Part shown: in pieces, positions 42,158-52,700 of the stretch
Layout of the letters: the number at the start of each line of letters is the position of its first letter
How positions within the stretch are numbered: the stretch's first letter is position 1
Origin: Myxococcota bacterium
Lineage (GTDB): Bacteria; Myxococcota_A; UBA9160; SZUA-336
NCBI GenBank assembly: GCA_965247115.1
Contig: CBDFGR010000003.1
Span: 2,272,001-2,336,000, forward strand
Length of the DNA stretch: 64,000 nt
Direction: 5' to 3'
Notes under the pieces: model-generated
What the model was told of the DNA's origin: nothing
The model's input: the letters and a program-made list of their open reading frames with translations, nothing else
Database searches by the model: none
Program-made: the position numbers and the translations under genes

Positions 42158-42161
42158 GCTC

Positions 42162-42707
42162 TCAGAGCTTGATCTTGCGGCCGCCCCGAGACGTGCCCCG
42201 CGCTCCCAGGAGTCCGATCACCATGCCCACGAGCATAATACCCGCACCGGCCGCCATGTCCTGCCAGCCCGATGAGAACTCGAGGTTCGCATTCGTCGCT
42301 TCGAGACCCTCATTGCGAGCGCGCAGCTGCTCGAGCTCTGTGATCGAGTCGCTCTGACTCGTGAGCTTTCGCTCGAGCTCGCGCACGCGCGCTTCTGCAT
42401 GGGTCAACTGATCCTGCACCTGGGGGAGAACCACGCTGGGTGGGACTTGCGTCGAGACGTAGCCACTCTCGATCCAACCATCGGGGCCGCCAGGAATCGC
42501 GACCTGGACCCAGTCATCGCGTTCCGCCACGCGCCGAACCACCTCGCCAGATGTCAGGACTCGCAGGATCCGGAACTCCAGCCCGGGGCCGGCGCGCATG
42601 TTCACCCGGATCTCGTCGCGAATGTATGCGCGCTCTTGCGCTGCGGCGCTCAGCGCCGTGCCTGCGATCAACAGGGTCGAGATGATAGCCAGGCTACGCA
42701 CCCGCAT
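42162..42707 (-). CDS. SH3-domain membrane-anchored protein (YgiM-like)
   Basis: Signal peptide, MRAGPG...GWI, coiled coil, C-terminal TM helix. Confidence 0.8.
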   Translation of the reverse strand: MRVRSLAIISTLLIAGTALSAAAQERAYIRDEIRVNMRAGPGLEFRILRVLTSGEVVRRVAERDDWVQVAIPGGPDGWIESGYVSTQVPPSVVLPQVQDQLTHAEARVRELERKLTSQSDSITELEQLRARNEGLEATNANLEFSSGWQDMAAGAGIMLVGMVIGLLGARGTSRGGRKIKL

Positions 42708-42756
42708 TGTCTAGCCTTTCGCAGCCTCCCCTTCCAGAACTTCGGAATCCTCCCGC

Positions 42757-44076
42757 TCAGTAGAATAACCGGCTCCACAGCAGAGCGGCCATGATTCCCA
42801 CCGCGTCCGCCGACAGACAGGCGGCCAGGGTGTGGCGTACGGCACGCACCCTGACGCTTCCGAAGTAGAGTGCGATTACGTAGAAGGTCGTTTCCGTGCT
42901 CCCGTTCATGACGGACACCAGATAGCCCACGAACGAGTCGGGCCCGTGCTCGGTCATGGTGGCGGTCATGACTCCCATGGCGCCGCTGCCGGAGAGCGGC
43001 CGGATCAGCGCCATGGGCAGGGCCTCCGCAGGGAACCCGACCAGCGACGTCAGCGGCGACATTGCCGCCACCAGTGCGTCGAGCGCGCCGGATGCGCGGA
43101 ACATCCCTACCGCCACGAGGATCGCGACGAGATAGGGGATGATCATGACCGCAATGTCGAAGCCCTCGCGTGCCCCGCGGATGAAGGAGTCGTAGACGCC
43201 GATCCGATAGCTGAATCCGAACAGCACGATCGCCGCCATCAGGAGCGGAAGCAGCCACGAGTTCGCGACCTCGCGGAGTGCGGCGGCCGTACCCGCAGCG
43301 GCGGTGGCGTCGCGCAGATGGATTGCGAGCGCTGTCGCGATCAGCAGGGCGAAGCCTGCCAGCGTGAGCGCCCGCAGTCGCGACACGGGTGGGCGTGTCG
43401 TGGCCACGTCCTCCGCCTGCTCGAGCCCCGTGATGGCCTGGAGCGGGGCCGCCGCGTCGGCCGCGTCCTCGGCGACCTCTTCGTACCGCTCGGGCGCAAA
43501 ACGGGCACGGCCCGCGAGTGCCCGCGCCACGAGCACGGCCACGATCGTCGAGCACATGGTGGCCAGAATGGAAGGCACGAGGATCCCGGCTGCATTCTCG
43601 GCGCCCAGGCTCGCCCGGATGGCGATGACACCAAGCGGGAGCACTGCGACTCCGGACGTATTGATGGCGAGGAACAGCGCCATGGCATCGGTCGAGACGC
43701 CCTTGCGGGTATTCAGAGCGTCCAGCTCGCGCATGGCCTTCAGGCCGAAGGGTGTGGCCGCGTTACCCAGACCAAGCATGTTGGCGGCGATGTTCAGGAT
43801 CATGGCCCCCATCGCGGGGTGGTCGGGGGGAATCGCTGGAAATAGCCGACGCATCACGGGGGCCAGAGCTCGCGCAATCGCCTGCATCAGGCCGGCGTCG
43901 CGCAGCACCCGCATGAAGCCGAGCCAGAGCGCCATCATCCCGACCAGCCCGATGGCGATGGTGACGGCGCCCTTGGCCGAGTCGATCCCCGCCATGTTGA
44001 CCTCGGTCATGCGTCCGGCAAAGGCCGCAACGACGACCGAGACCAGGATCAGTCCAACAAAGATCCCGTTCAGCAC
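42757..44076 (-). CDS. SpmA/SpmB fusion (nucleoside-recognition gate) membrane protein
   Basis: ANMLGLGNAATPFGLKAM; RPLSGSGA; GSTETTFY. Confidence 0.9.
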   Translation of the reverse strand: MLNGIFVGLILVSVVVAAFAGRMTEVNMAGIDSAKGAVTIAIGLVGMMALWLGFMRVLRDAGLMQAIARALAPVMRRLFPAIPPDHPAMGAMILNIAANMLGLGNAATPFGLKAMRELDALNTRKGVSTDAMALFLAINTSGVAVLPLGVIAIRASLGAENAAGILVPSILATMCSTIVAVLVARALAGRARFAPERYEEVAEDAADAAAPLQAITGLEQAEDVATTRPPVSRLRALTLAGFALLIATALAIHLRDATAAAGTAAALREVANSWLLPLLMAAIVLFGFSYRIGVYDSFIRGAREGFDIAVMIIPYLVAILVAVGMFRASGALDALVAAMSPLTSLVGFPAEALPMALIRPLSGSGAMGVMTATMTEHGPDSFVGYLVSVMNGSTETTFYVIALYFGSVRVRAVRHTLAACLSADAVGIMAALLWSRLFY

Positions 44077-44095
44077 GTCCCCGTTTCCCTGTTAG

Positions 44096-46186
44096 CTAGC
44101 GTGGGGAGGCGTCCGGTAGCCCGCCATCCACCGGTAGACTCGCGCCGGTGGTGGGTGTTTGTTGTGTAGCGAAGAAGACGACCGCGTTGCCCACGTGATC
44201 GGGCGTGATGCTCGCCTTCAGAAGATTGCGGCTGCGGTAGTACTCCGGGAGCTGGTTCGGATCGAGCCCCCGCGCCTCCGCACGTGCTGGACCGACGGAC
44301 TGCCAGAGTCCGGACGGATTCTCCGGACCGCCGAATACGGCATCGGCGTTGACCATGTTGACACGGACTCCGGCTTCCGCGGCCTCCAGGGCGGCCACCC
44401 GGCCGATCTGATGGGCGCCCGCCTTGGACGCGCTGTACGCGCCGAATCCCGCCCCCGGGGCAAATACGTTCTTCGTCGAGACCAGCACGATGTTGCCGCC
44501 CGTACCCTGCTGCTTCATGTGCTCGAGTGCCTCGCGCACGGTCAGGAATGTCCCCCGCAGGTTCACGGCGATCGCCTGCTCGAAGTCCTCGAGCTCGAGC
44601 TCGTCGAGCCCTCCGGATTTTGCGATGCCTGCGTTCGGCACGACCAGGTCGATCCCGCCGAAGACTTCCGTCACTCTTCGGAACGCGTCTCGGACATCGC
44701 TCTCGTCGCTCACGTCGCAGAAGAGTGTCTCGCAGGCGTCGGAGTCGAGCCGGTCCGAAACGGCCGCGAGCCTCTCGGTGTCGATGTCGAGGAGGGCAAC
44801 GTGGGCACCCGCAGCGAGCAGCTTGCGCGCGACGCCCTCGCCGATCGCGCCCCCTCCGCCTGTGACCAGGGCGACCTGTCCCGCGAGCGGCGCGCGCGCG
44901 GTCGTTCCGAGCTTTGCCTGCTCCAGGCTCCAGTACTCCATGTCGAACAGCGCGCTCTCCTCGATCCCCTGGTAGTGGCCAATCGAGGCGGCCCAGATCT
45001 TGGTCGTGATCGTCTGCTCGGCAATGTCCGCGGCGATCCTGGCGTCGCGTCGAGTATCGCCCGCAGCAAAGAGCCCGAGCCCCGGCAGCACGACAACACG
45101 CGGTGTCGGGTCGAGCAGCTCGCGCTCGATCCTCTTTGCCTCCACGTTGCGGCGAAAGTACTCGAGGTAAGCGCTCCGATAGCTCTCTACCTCGCTCTTG
45201 AGAAGCTCCGCGAGTGCCGACAGATTCGCGTACGGCGGTCGCTCCACGAGCAGGTAGCAACCCTTGGTGCGGATCACATGGTCGGGTGTGATAGGCGAGG
45301 CGGTCGCCAGGTAGGGCCCGAGCTCCGCCGCCGCAAAGTGCATGATCTCGTCGCTACCTCGGTGCTCGAGGATCCAGCGTCTGTACGGCTGGTCGGGCTC
45401 ACCCGTCTCTTCGGCGAGCGCTCCTCGCACAATGTGCGCCACCTCGTAGAGATCGCGCGCGGCCACGACCGGGCGCGCGTCGAGCGGCCGTCTGTCGCCG
45501 ATCTGCTCCAGGATCGTGTGCTTTGCGCGCTCTGCGATCTCGATGTGGCGTTCGTAGCTCGTCCGGGCATCGTCTCCAAAGGTGAACAGCCCGTGCTTCT
45601 CGAGTACGAGTCCATCGACGTCGGGATTCTTGTCGAGCACGTCCGCTGCGAGCTTCGCGAGCTCGAAGCCCGGCATGGCGTAGGGCACCCATGCCACGCG
45701 ATCACCGAGGACGGAGGCGATCCGAGCCTCGCCGTCCGGCTGGTTCGTCAGGGCAAGGATGGCGTTCGCATGGGAGTGGTCGACGAAGCGCTGCGGCAGA
45801 AACGCGTGCAGCAAAACCTCCACGCTGGGGCCAGGGCCGGTCGGGTCGAGGAGCGAGCGCTGTAGCTCCGCGACCATGGCCTGGTCGTCCAGCGCATCGA
45901 GCTCTCTCAGTCGACGCAGGCTGTCGAGGCTCACGGCAGGGAACTGGGCGGGCTCGATCGCTGCGAGGTTGCAGCCGCTCTGCTTGATGAAAAGGACGTC
46001 GGTTTCGTTCCCGTACAGATCCGGGGCGCGGGACTTCAACGACGTGTTGCCGCCACCGTGGAGCACGAGTTCGGGCTCCGAGCCGATCAGCCGCGAAGTG
46101 TAGACGCGCAATGCGAGCTCTTCGTCCACCGCGGGGAAGCGCTCGCGATAGACCTGTGCCTCCTCGTCGCTCCAGCGGCTCTCCAT
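44096..46186 (-). CDS. Bifunctional class II aldolase / short-chain dehydrogenase
   Basis: LVLHGGGNTS, PSVEVLLH, HGLFTFG, TPDHVIRTK, MEYWSLEQAKL, TGGGGAIG, YSASK. Confidence 0.9.
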   Translation of the reverse strand: MESRWSDEEAQVYRERFPAVDEELALRVYTSRLIGSEPELVLHGGGNTSLKSRAPDLYGNETDVLFIKQSGCNLAAIEPAQFPAVSLDSLRRLRELDALDDQAMVAELQRSLLDPTGPGPSVEVLLHAFLPQRFVDHSHANAILALTNQPDGEARIASVLGDRVAWVPYAMPGFELAKLAADVLDKNPDVDGLVLEKHGLFTFGDDARTSYERHIEIAERAKHTILEQIGDRRPLDARPVVAARDLYEVAHIVRGALAEETGEPDQPYRRWILEHRGSDEIMHFAAAELGPYLATASPITPDHVIRTKGCYLLVERPPYANLSALAELLKSEVESYRSAYLEYFRRNVEAKRIERELLDPTPRVVVLPGLGLFAAGDTRRDARIAADIAEQTITTKIWAASIGHYQGIEESALFDMEYWSLEQAKLGTTARAPLAGQVALVTGGGGAIGEGVARKLLAAGAHVALLDIDTERLAAVSDRLDSDACETLFCDVSDESDVRDAFRRVTEVFGGIDLVVPNAGIAKSGGLDELELEDFEQAIAVNLRGTFLTVREALEHMKQQGTGGNIVLVSTKNVFAPGAGFGAYSASKAGAHQIGRVAALEAAEAGVRVNMVNADAVFGGPENPSGLWQSVGPARAEARGLDPNQLPEYYRSRNLLKASITPDHVGNAVVFFATQQTPTTGASLPVDGGLPDASPR

Positions 46187-46230
46187 GCCGACAGAACGTA
46201 GCCTCCGCATTCTTCCTGCGCAGGACCCAT

Positions 46231-46321
46231 GCAAGCGCCGCAAAGCGGCGCGCGCAGCGAAGGCCGTAGGCCTGAGCGAAGGTGGGTGGCGCGCGACCGC
46301 TCGCGCGCCGGGTCCCACAAG
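46231..46321 (-). repeat. Family-A repeat
   Basis: Near-identical to the reverse complement of 6121-6211. Confidence 0.9.
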
Positions 46322-46570
46322 ACATGGGCTGCCGAGCTTCTTGCGTGACAGCAGGGTCCTTGCTCGTCTTCTCCGCCTGATCTCTGTGCAGAAAGCGGCT
46401 TGCTCGGTCGCTCGCAGGCCGATACTCTCGGGGTTGATTGGATTCGATCGGTGGCCAGCTCGTGTGGCTTCTCGGTCGGCTCGGTCAGCCGTCGAACGGG
46501 CGGGCGGAGACCGGGGCGGGAACTGGGTCCCGCGCTGTCGCACACGCCGCGGATAGGAGGTGGTCCATCA

Positions 46571-46615
46571 GTGAGTTTAAACAGACCAGTGACATGTGAG
46601 GTGGGAACCGTCTAG
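46571..46615 (+). CDS. Candidate 14-aa peptide MSLNRPVTCEVGTV
   Basis: GTG start behind AGGAGGTGGTCCA (46555-46567); followed by hairpins and a U-tract. Confidence 0.45.
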   Translation: MSLNRPVTCEVGTV

Positions 46616-46665
46616 GTCTGAACCACTTGTTTGGTGGACTGGCCTGTACGGCCCAGTTACCACCG

Positions 46666-46734
46666 AACCCCGAGGGTCCGCTTGGTCACTGAGCGGGCGA
46701 CCGCACCGTCGGTCGCAGCGTCCTCGGGGTTTTT
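46666..46734 (+). terminator. Branched (three-way) terminator-like structure
   Basis: Outer stem AACCCCGAGG/CCTCGGGGTT encloses the CCGCT/AGCGG and GCGACCG/CGGTCGC hairpins, followed by a T-run. Confidence 0.55.
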
Positions 46735-46766
46735 CTATCTACGACGTGCCGCCACGCTGGTGACGG

Positions 46767-48017
46767 TTGGGAAGCGACTTGGATCTCGTCGAACGTGCTC
46801 GTGAACTGTTTCGGGGGCTGGAGAAGGACGCGTTCGGCGGTGCCCTTCACTGCTCCTCTGCCGACGCGGATGGAGTGGTGTCCGCGCTGAGCAGCGCCTA
46901 CCACTCGCTGGCCCTCCGACACCTCGATCCCGCACTGGCCCTCTCCGAGCTGCGCACGCTCTACGCTGCCTGCCAGCTCGAGAACGGTCTGCTGGCCGAG
47001 GAGCGGCCGCTCACCCCGGAGGGGCAGGCCGGTCGGACGGCCGAGTTCGGCCCGCTGTACCGCGAGGACGGTCGCTCGTGGATGATCGGTCCGCCGGTCG
47101 CAGCCTACGCCGCCGCCCAGCTCGTGCAGCAGATCGGCAGCAGCGCACGCGACGTGCTGGAGCGTGCGACCCGCCAGCTGGACGCGATCTGGGGGGAGCG
47201 CCTGCCTCCGGACACCCCCCTCCCGGTCATCTTCCATCCGCTCGAAGCCGGCGCCTACGGGAGCCCGCTCTTCGACGGCGTGGTCGAGTCGACGCAGCTG
47301 TCGGAGTGGCGCGGGGAGGCGGCGAACATCACGCGCTCCGCCATCGCCTGCCAGCTGGAGCCCGAGCGGGCGCTGCGCGCTGGACATCCTTTTGTGGTCG
47401 AGGATCCGATCTTCTGCGGCTGGCTGCTGCTCGGTCTGGAGGAGGCCGCGAGTGCCTGGGAGCAGCTGGGCGAGTCGGATGTGGTGCGCAAGCTACGCAT
47501 CCGGGCGGAGATGATCGGGGAGGGGATTGCCGAGCGCCTGTGGTGGGAGGAAGAGGAGCTCTACGTCGGCCTCGACCTGCAGCGCGAGGCGCCGCTCCGA
47601 GCGGTGACCGCGGGGGGTCTGATCCCGAGCGCGAGCCGGACGTTGCTCGGGACGGGCAGCGCCCGGCGGGCAGTGGATCGGCACCTGCGTCCCAACGGCT
47701 CGCCCCTATGGGGCTCGAGCGGGATCTCGGTCGCACCGATCGCCGATGACGAAGTCGCCGACCCTGTGCCATGGCGCGCCAGCGGCATCTCTGCTGCGAC
47801 CTGCTACTGGGGGCACCTGGCGCTCGTCCACTCGCAGCGTCCGGCGGACGCGCGGGTGGCTCGGGAGCAGCTCGAGTCACTCGCAGAAAAGGCTGGCTTT
47901 CGGGAGTTCTACGACGCGATCTCGGGGGAGGGGAGTGGTCGCGGGGCCGACGGGGGCTTCACATGGCCCACCCTGGCGCTGGAGATGCGCGCCCAGGAAG
48001 GGGTCAGCTCCGGCTAG
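46767..48017 (+). CDS. GH63/MGH1-like (alpha/alpha)6 glycoside hydrolase homologue, degenerate
   Basis: IFHPLEAGAYGSPLFD, FVVEDP, FREFYD..SGEG.G...FTW. Confidence 0.6.
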   Translation: MGSDLDLVERARELFRGLEKDAFGGALHCSSADADGVVSALSSAYHSLALRHLDPALALSELRTLYAACQLENGLLAEERPLTPEGQAGRTAEFGPLYREDGRSWMIGPPVAAYAAAQLVQQIGSSARDVLERATRQLDAIWGERLPPDTPLPVIFHPLEAGAYGSPLFDGVVESTQLSEWRGEAANITRSAIACQLEPERALRAGHPFVVEDPIFCGWLLLGLEEAASAWEQLGESDVVRKLRIRAEMIGEGIAERLWWEEEELYVGLDLQREAPLRAVTAGGLIPSASRTLLGTGSARRAVDRHLRPNGSPLWGSSGISVAPIADDEVADPVPWRASGISAATCYWGHLALVHSQRPADARVAREQLESLAEKAGFREFYDAISGEGSGRGADGGFTWPTLALEMRAQEGVSSG

Positions 48018-48741
48018 CGCTCTTCGCGAGCACCCGAGCCGCGTGACGCAGGGTGGTTGGGCGCCAGCGAACGCGCTGGTGGTGAGCGAGCTGGTCCGCG
48101 CTATAGGCGTGTTCCGGGCCCACCACGCAGGCGGAGCGAGCGTCGCAGCTGCGCCGGCACGCGGATTGGAGGACCTTGGTCCGGAAGCAGCCATCCACGT
48201 CGACACTCTCCGGTCCGATCACCTGCCCGCGGCAGGCGTCCGCACAGGGGGCGGGGCAGCCCCTGCAGGGGTCGAAGGGCTCTTCCGGCTCCTCAAAGGG
48301 TAGGGACTCCCGCGTATAGAGCAGGCCCCGCAGCGCGATCCAGGGTCCGTACTCCCTGTGTATCAAGACCCCGACGCGCCCCGGGGTTCCAAACCCTGCG
48401 CGCTGGGCCAACGCGACCATGGGCAGGTAGCTCTCTTCACGCCGTTCGGTGTAGAGCGCGACCGGTGCGGGTGGAACGAGCGCGGTTCCCGCCTCTCGCA
48501 GGATCCGTTCCGTATAGGTGTCGAGAGGGTTGCGCCGCAGCCGTGCTTCTGGCGAGGCCAGGAAGTGCTCCCAGAGCGTGCGCCCGCCGTTGCCCACCAC
48601 CAACACGGAGCCAGTGCCGGGCGCGACGCGCGCGAGCTGCCATGCTGGCGGCACGATCCGCTCGTAGTGCTCCGCGGGGAGCGGCAGAACGAGGTTGAGC
48701 CCGGAGCGCGAGAGCGTGCTCCGGAGTTCGTCCAGCTTCAC
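48004..48741 (-). CDS. QueG-like/cobalamin-associated iron-sulfur protein
   Basis: LAQRAG, IHREYGPWIALRG, CRGCPAPCADAC, CDARSAC. Confidence 0.65.
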   Translation of the reverse strand: MKLDELRSTLSRSGLNLVLPLPAEHYERIVPPAWQLARVAPGTGSVLVVGNGGRTLWEHFLASPEARLRRNPLDTYTERILREAGTALVPPAPVALYTERREESYLPMVALAQRAGFGTPGRVGVLIHREYGPWIALRGLLYTRESLPFEEPEEPFDPCRGCPAPCADACRGQVIGPESVDVDGCFRTKVLQSACRRSCDARSACVVGPEHAYSADQLAHHQRVRWRPTTLRHAARVLAKSASRS

Positions 48742-49679
48742 GTCCCGCCTTCTATGCGGTCCCCGTTCCCGAGGCCCGCACGCTCCGCGAACGCGGCTGC
48801 CGCCTCCTTGCCCATGTCGGCGCGCACTCGGCCGACGCGCAGCACTCCGCCGCGCAGAGCGAGGCGCAGCCCGGACGCATCGACCGAGAGGATCTCGCCA
48901 GGCTCGCCCTCCTCCTCGGCCTCGAGCCTCGCGTCGTAGAGCCGCAGCGGCTTCCCGTCGAAGCGGAGAAAGGCGCCCGGCTGGGGATCGCAGCCTCTCA
49001 CGAGCCGGTCGATCTCCACGGCGCTGCGCGACAGATCGACGGCGGCGATCTCGTCGTCGATGAGTCCCTGGTGCGTGGCCACGGTCTCGTCTTGCGCCGC
49101 TGGACGAGCCGTGCCCGCGTTGATGAGCTCGACCGCCTCAACGATCGCCTCCACCCCGAGCGGATGCAGCTTGTCGAAGAAAAGGCTCGCTGTCGTCTCG
49201 GTGGGCCCGATCTTCACGCCGCCCCTCTGTAGCAAGAGGGGGCCGGTGTCGGCCCCCTCGTCGGGTACGAAGATCGACACTCCCGTCTCCTCGACGCCGT
49301 CAATGATCTGCCACTGCATCGCCGCGCCGCCGCGGTATTTCGGCAGCAGTGACGGGTGAAAGCAGACGCTCTTGTGCTTCGGGGCGTCCACCAGCTCGCT
49401 CGGCAGAAACACCTGCACGGAAGCGAGCACGTTCAGGTCCGCGTTGAGCGCCCGGTACGCCTCGAGCGCGGCGGGGATCGCCTCCCCTGTCTTCTTGCGG
49501 TAGTAGCGTCGCCGCACCAGCGGGATGCCGAGCTCGGCTCCGCGCTCGGCGAGAGCGTCTGGACGTGAGCCTTTCGGGGGAGCGAACACGCCGACGACGT
49601 CGTGCCCCTTCTCGCGCAGCTGGTCCAGGGTGTCCTTGCCGAAGGCCGCCTGTCCGAAGAGGGCGATGCGCAGTGTCAT
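48738..49679 (-). CDS. Fmt-fold 10-formyl-THF-binding enzyme (formyltransferase/hydrolase)
   Basis: FHPSLLPKYRG, DEGADTG, VRGCDPQPGA. Confidence 0.85.
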   Translation of the reverse strand: MTLRIALFGQAAFGKDTLDQLREKGHDVVGVFAPPKGSRPDALAERGAELGIPLVRRRYYRKKTGEAIPAALEAYRALNADLNVLASVQVFLPSELVDAPKHKSVCFHPSLLPKYRGGAAMQWQIIDGVEETGVSIFVPDEGADTGPLLLQRGGVKIGPTETTASLFFDKLHPLGVEAIVEAVELINAGTARPAAQDETVATHQGLIDDEIAAVDLSRSAVEIDRLVRGCDPQPGAFLRFDGKPLRLYDARLEAEEEGEPGEILSVDASGLRLALRGGVLRVGRVRADMGKEAAAAFAERAGLGNGDRIEGGT

Positions 49680-49792
49680 TCACTGCAGGATACCACGCGT
49701 CCTGGCTTCATCTCCGACCATTGGAGCCGATAGAAGCCACAGCGACAGGGTGCCGCAGGGGACTGCCCTCTATGCCGGGAGGCGATGAGGCG

Positions 49793-52700
49793 ATGGAGAT
49801 CGCCGGGAGCGAGAAGGCCCTCGACTCCTTCCTTCGCGAGCAGCTAGAGTCGGCCGCAGATCCGCGCGAGCTGCGGCGGCGCGGTCCCGGGCTGCTCGAC
49901 GAGATCGCCCGCGATGCAGCGCCCCTGGTAGAGCGGCTCCTTCCCGGCAAGCTCCACGTCCGCGTCTCCAATCCTGGCGGCGAACGCAGCGGCCGCACCA
50001 CGATCGAAATTCTGGTCGCGGACCAGGTGTTTCTTGTTGACACGCTTCGGCTCAGCCTGAATCGCCTCGAGCTACGGGTGTTACTCCTGCTGCACCCGTT
50101 GCTTCCGATCGAGCGGGAGGACGACGGCAGCATCGTGCAGCTGGGCAAGGCGGCCGTGCCACGAGTCCGGGAGTCGTACATCTACGCAGAGATTCCTCGC
50201 GTGGAGTCGCAGACGCGGCTCGCCGAGATCGAGCGTGAGCTGTGTGGCGTGATGGCGAGCGCTCAGGATGTGGTCAGCGATCACCGGCTCATGCTGGAGG
50301 AGCTGAACCGGCATACGGCCCGCCTCGAGTCCTCTGCCGCGGAGCTCGGTCTGGATCCCGACCAGGGACTGATGGGCTTCCTGCGCTGGCTGGCCGACGA
50401 CAACTACGTCTTCGTGGGTGCGCGCCACTACCAGGTGAGAAGGGGCGATGAGGGCTGGGAGGTCGAGACGGACCCCGGGAGCGGCCTCGGTGTGCTGCGG
50501 GATCAGCGGGACTCGCGGTTCGCCCGCACGGCGCGCGGGGACGACATCCCGGACCTGGTCCGGTCCCGTCTGGATGATGAATGCCTCGTCTATTTCGATA
50601 AGTCGAAGACGGAGGCGACGATCCATCGCCACGGGCGACTGGACTCGATCAGCATCAAGGTGTTCGACGAGTCCGGCGAGGTCGTGGGTTTCGGCCGTTT
50701 CGTCGGGCTGCTCACCCACAAGGCGATTCGCACGCGGCCCTCGGACATCCCCCTGCTCGCCCAGAAGCGAGAGCTCGTGCTCGACACGATCGGATCCGAG
50801 CACGGTTCCCATACCTATAAGGCCTCCATCGAGGCCTTCGACTCGTTGCCCGTAGAGTTCCTGTTCCCGAGCGAGGTGTCAGAGATCGCGAGCGCGGTCA
50901 CGCAGATCTTCAAGGCCTCCGAGCATCACCTGGTCGAGGTCTGTGTGATCCCGAACCGGCGCAACCGTTCCTTCTTCGCGTCGGTGGTTCTCCCGCGCCT
51001 GCTCTACAACGAGCATCTCCGTCAGGATATCCAGGAGCTACTGATCGAGCGCTACAACGCAAGCGACGTCGATGACCGGAGTTCCTTCGTCGATGAGGAC
51101 ATCGCGCTACTGCACTTCTTTTGCAGCTCGACCGGCGACGTCGATCTCGGCGCGCTGGGTGAGCTCCAGGCCGACATCCAGGAGCTCGCCGAGCCGTGGA
51201 CGGATCGCTTCGAGAAGGCGCTGCTCGCGACCTTTCCTGGCGAGCGCGGAGGTCGACTCAGCGACACGTACTCAGGGTTGTTCCCGGAGGGGTACCAGAT
51301 CGTCACCAGCCCGCACGACGCGGCGCTCGACGTCGAGCAGCTCGAGGTGCTGCGTTCGGGCGCGTCGCAGGTGGGACTGCGCCTCAGCGTGCGCGAGGAG
51401 GGTGACGAGCGGACGCGCCTGCTCAAGGTCTACCAGAGCGAGCGTCCCTATCTGACCGACCTGTTGCCGGTTCTCGACCGCTTCGGGATCCGCGTCATCG
51501 ATGCTGCCCTGACGGAGATCGCCAACGGCGGAGCCGAATCGAGCTGGATTGTCACCTTCCGCATCGAGGAGCTGTCCGGGTTCGAGCGGACCGAGCGCGG
51601 CCTGGAGCAACGCGTGCTCGACGGGCTTCGCGCTGCGCTGTCCGGACACATCGAGAACGACTCGCTCAACTGTCTGATCCAGGCAGCGGGGCTCGACTGG
51701 CGCGACATCGACCTGCTGCGCGCGTACCTCGCGTACTCGCGGCAGGTCGGAAGCAACGTGCTGCGCTCCGTCGCCAGGGACTCCCTCATGCGCTACCCGA
51801 GTGCGGCGCGGGCGCTGCTCGGGCTGTTCCGTGCCCGCTTCCACCCGGCTTGCTGCGATGCCCGGGATCTGGCAGAAGCCGAGGCGGTCCAGCGCCTGGA
51901 GCTCGAGCGCGATCCGATCACGACGGCGGGAGACGATCGAGTCTTCGGCATTCTTGCGAACCTGATCCAGAGCACGGTGCGCACGAGCTTCTTCGCGCGC
52001 GACGAGACGGACGGCCGGCACCTGATCGCGTTCAAGCTCGCCCCGGAGCGAGTGAGCACCATGCCGTCGCCAAGACCATGGGCCGAGATCTACGTGCACT
52101 CCGCTCGCATCGAGGGCGTGCATCTGCGGGGCGGCCCCGTCGCGCGAGGGGGCGTCCGCTGGAGTGATCGAGAGCAGGACCTGCGCACCGAGGTGCTCGG
52201 CCTGATGAAGACCCAGATGGTCAAGAATGGCCTGATCGTGCCGGTCGGGGCCAAGGGCGGCTTCGTGTTGAAGCAGCGCATCGATGACCCCGCGCAGCGG
52301 AAGCAGGAAGTCGAGCGCCAGTACGTGCGCTTCATCTCCGCTCTGCTCGCACTCACGGACAATCTGGTGGATGGAAAGGTCGTCCCTCCGGCAGGCGTGG
52401 TTCGGCACGATGCGGATGATCCCTACCTGGTGGTTGCGGCCGATCGGGGCACCGCCGACCTCTCCGATGTTGCGAACCGCCTTGCAGAGGAGCGCGGCTT
52501 CTGGCTACGAGACGCATTCGCCAGCGGCGGCAGTCGAGGCTACGACCACAAGAAGGAAGGGATCACCGCGCGCGGTGGGTGGGTCTGCGTCCGGCGTCAC
52601 TTCCTGGAGATGGGAATCGACATCGATGAGGAGACGTACTCGATCGCCGGCATCGGAGACATGTCGGGAGACGTCTTCGGGAACGGCTTGCTGCTCGCTC

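Noticed and set aside
52430..52460. AADRGTA instead of AADKGTA in the NAD-GDH
   Set aside because: A single conservative change with all other motifs intact; significance cannot be judged by eye.
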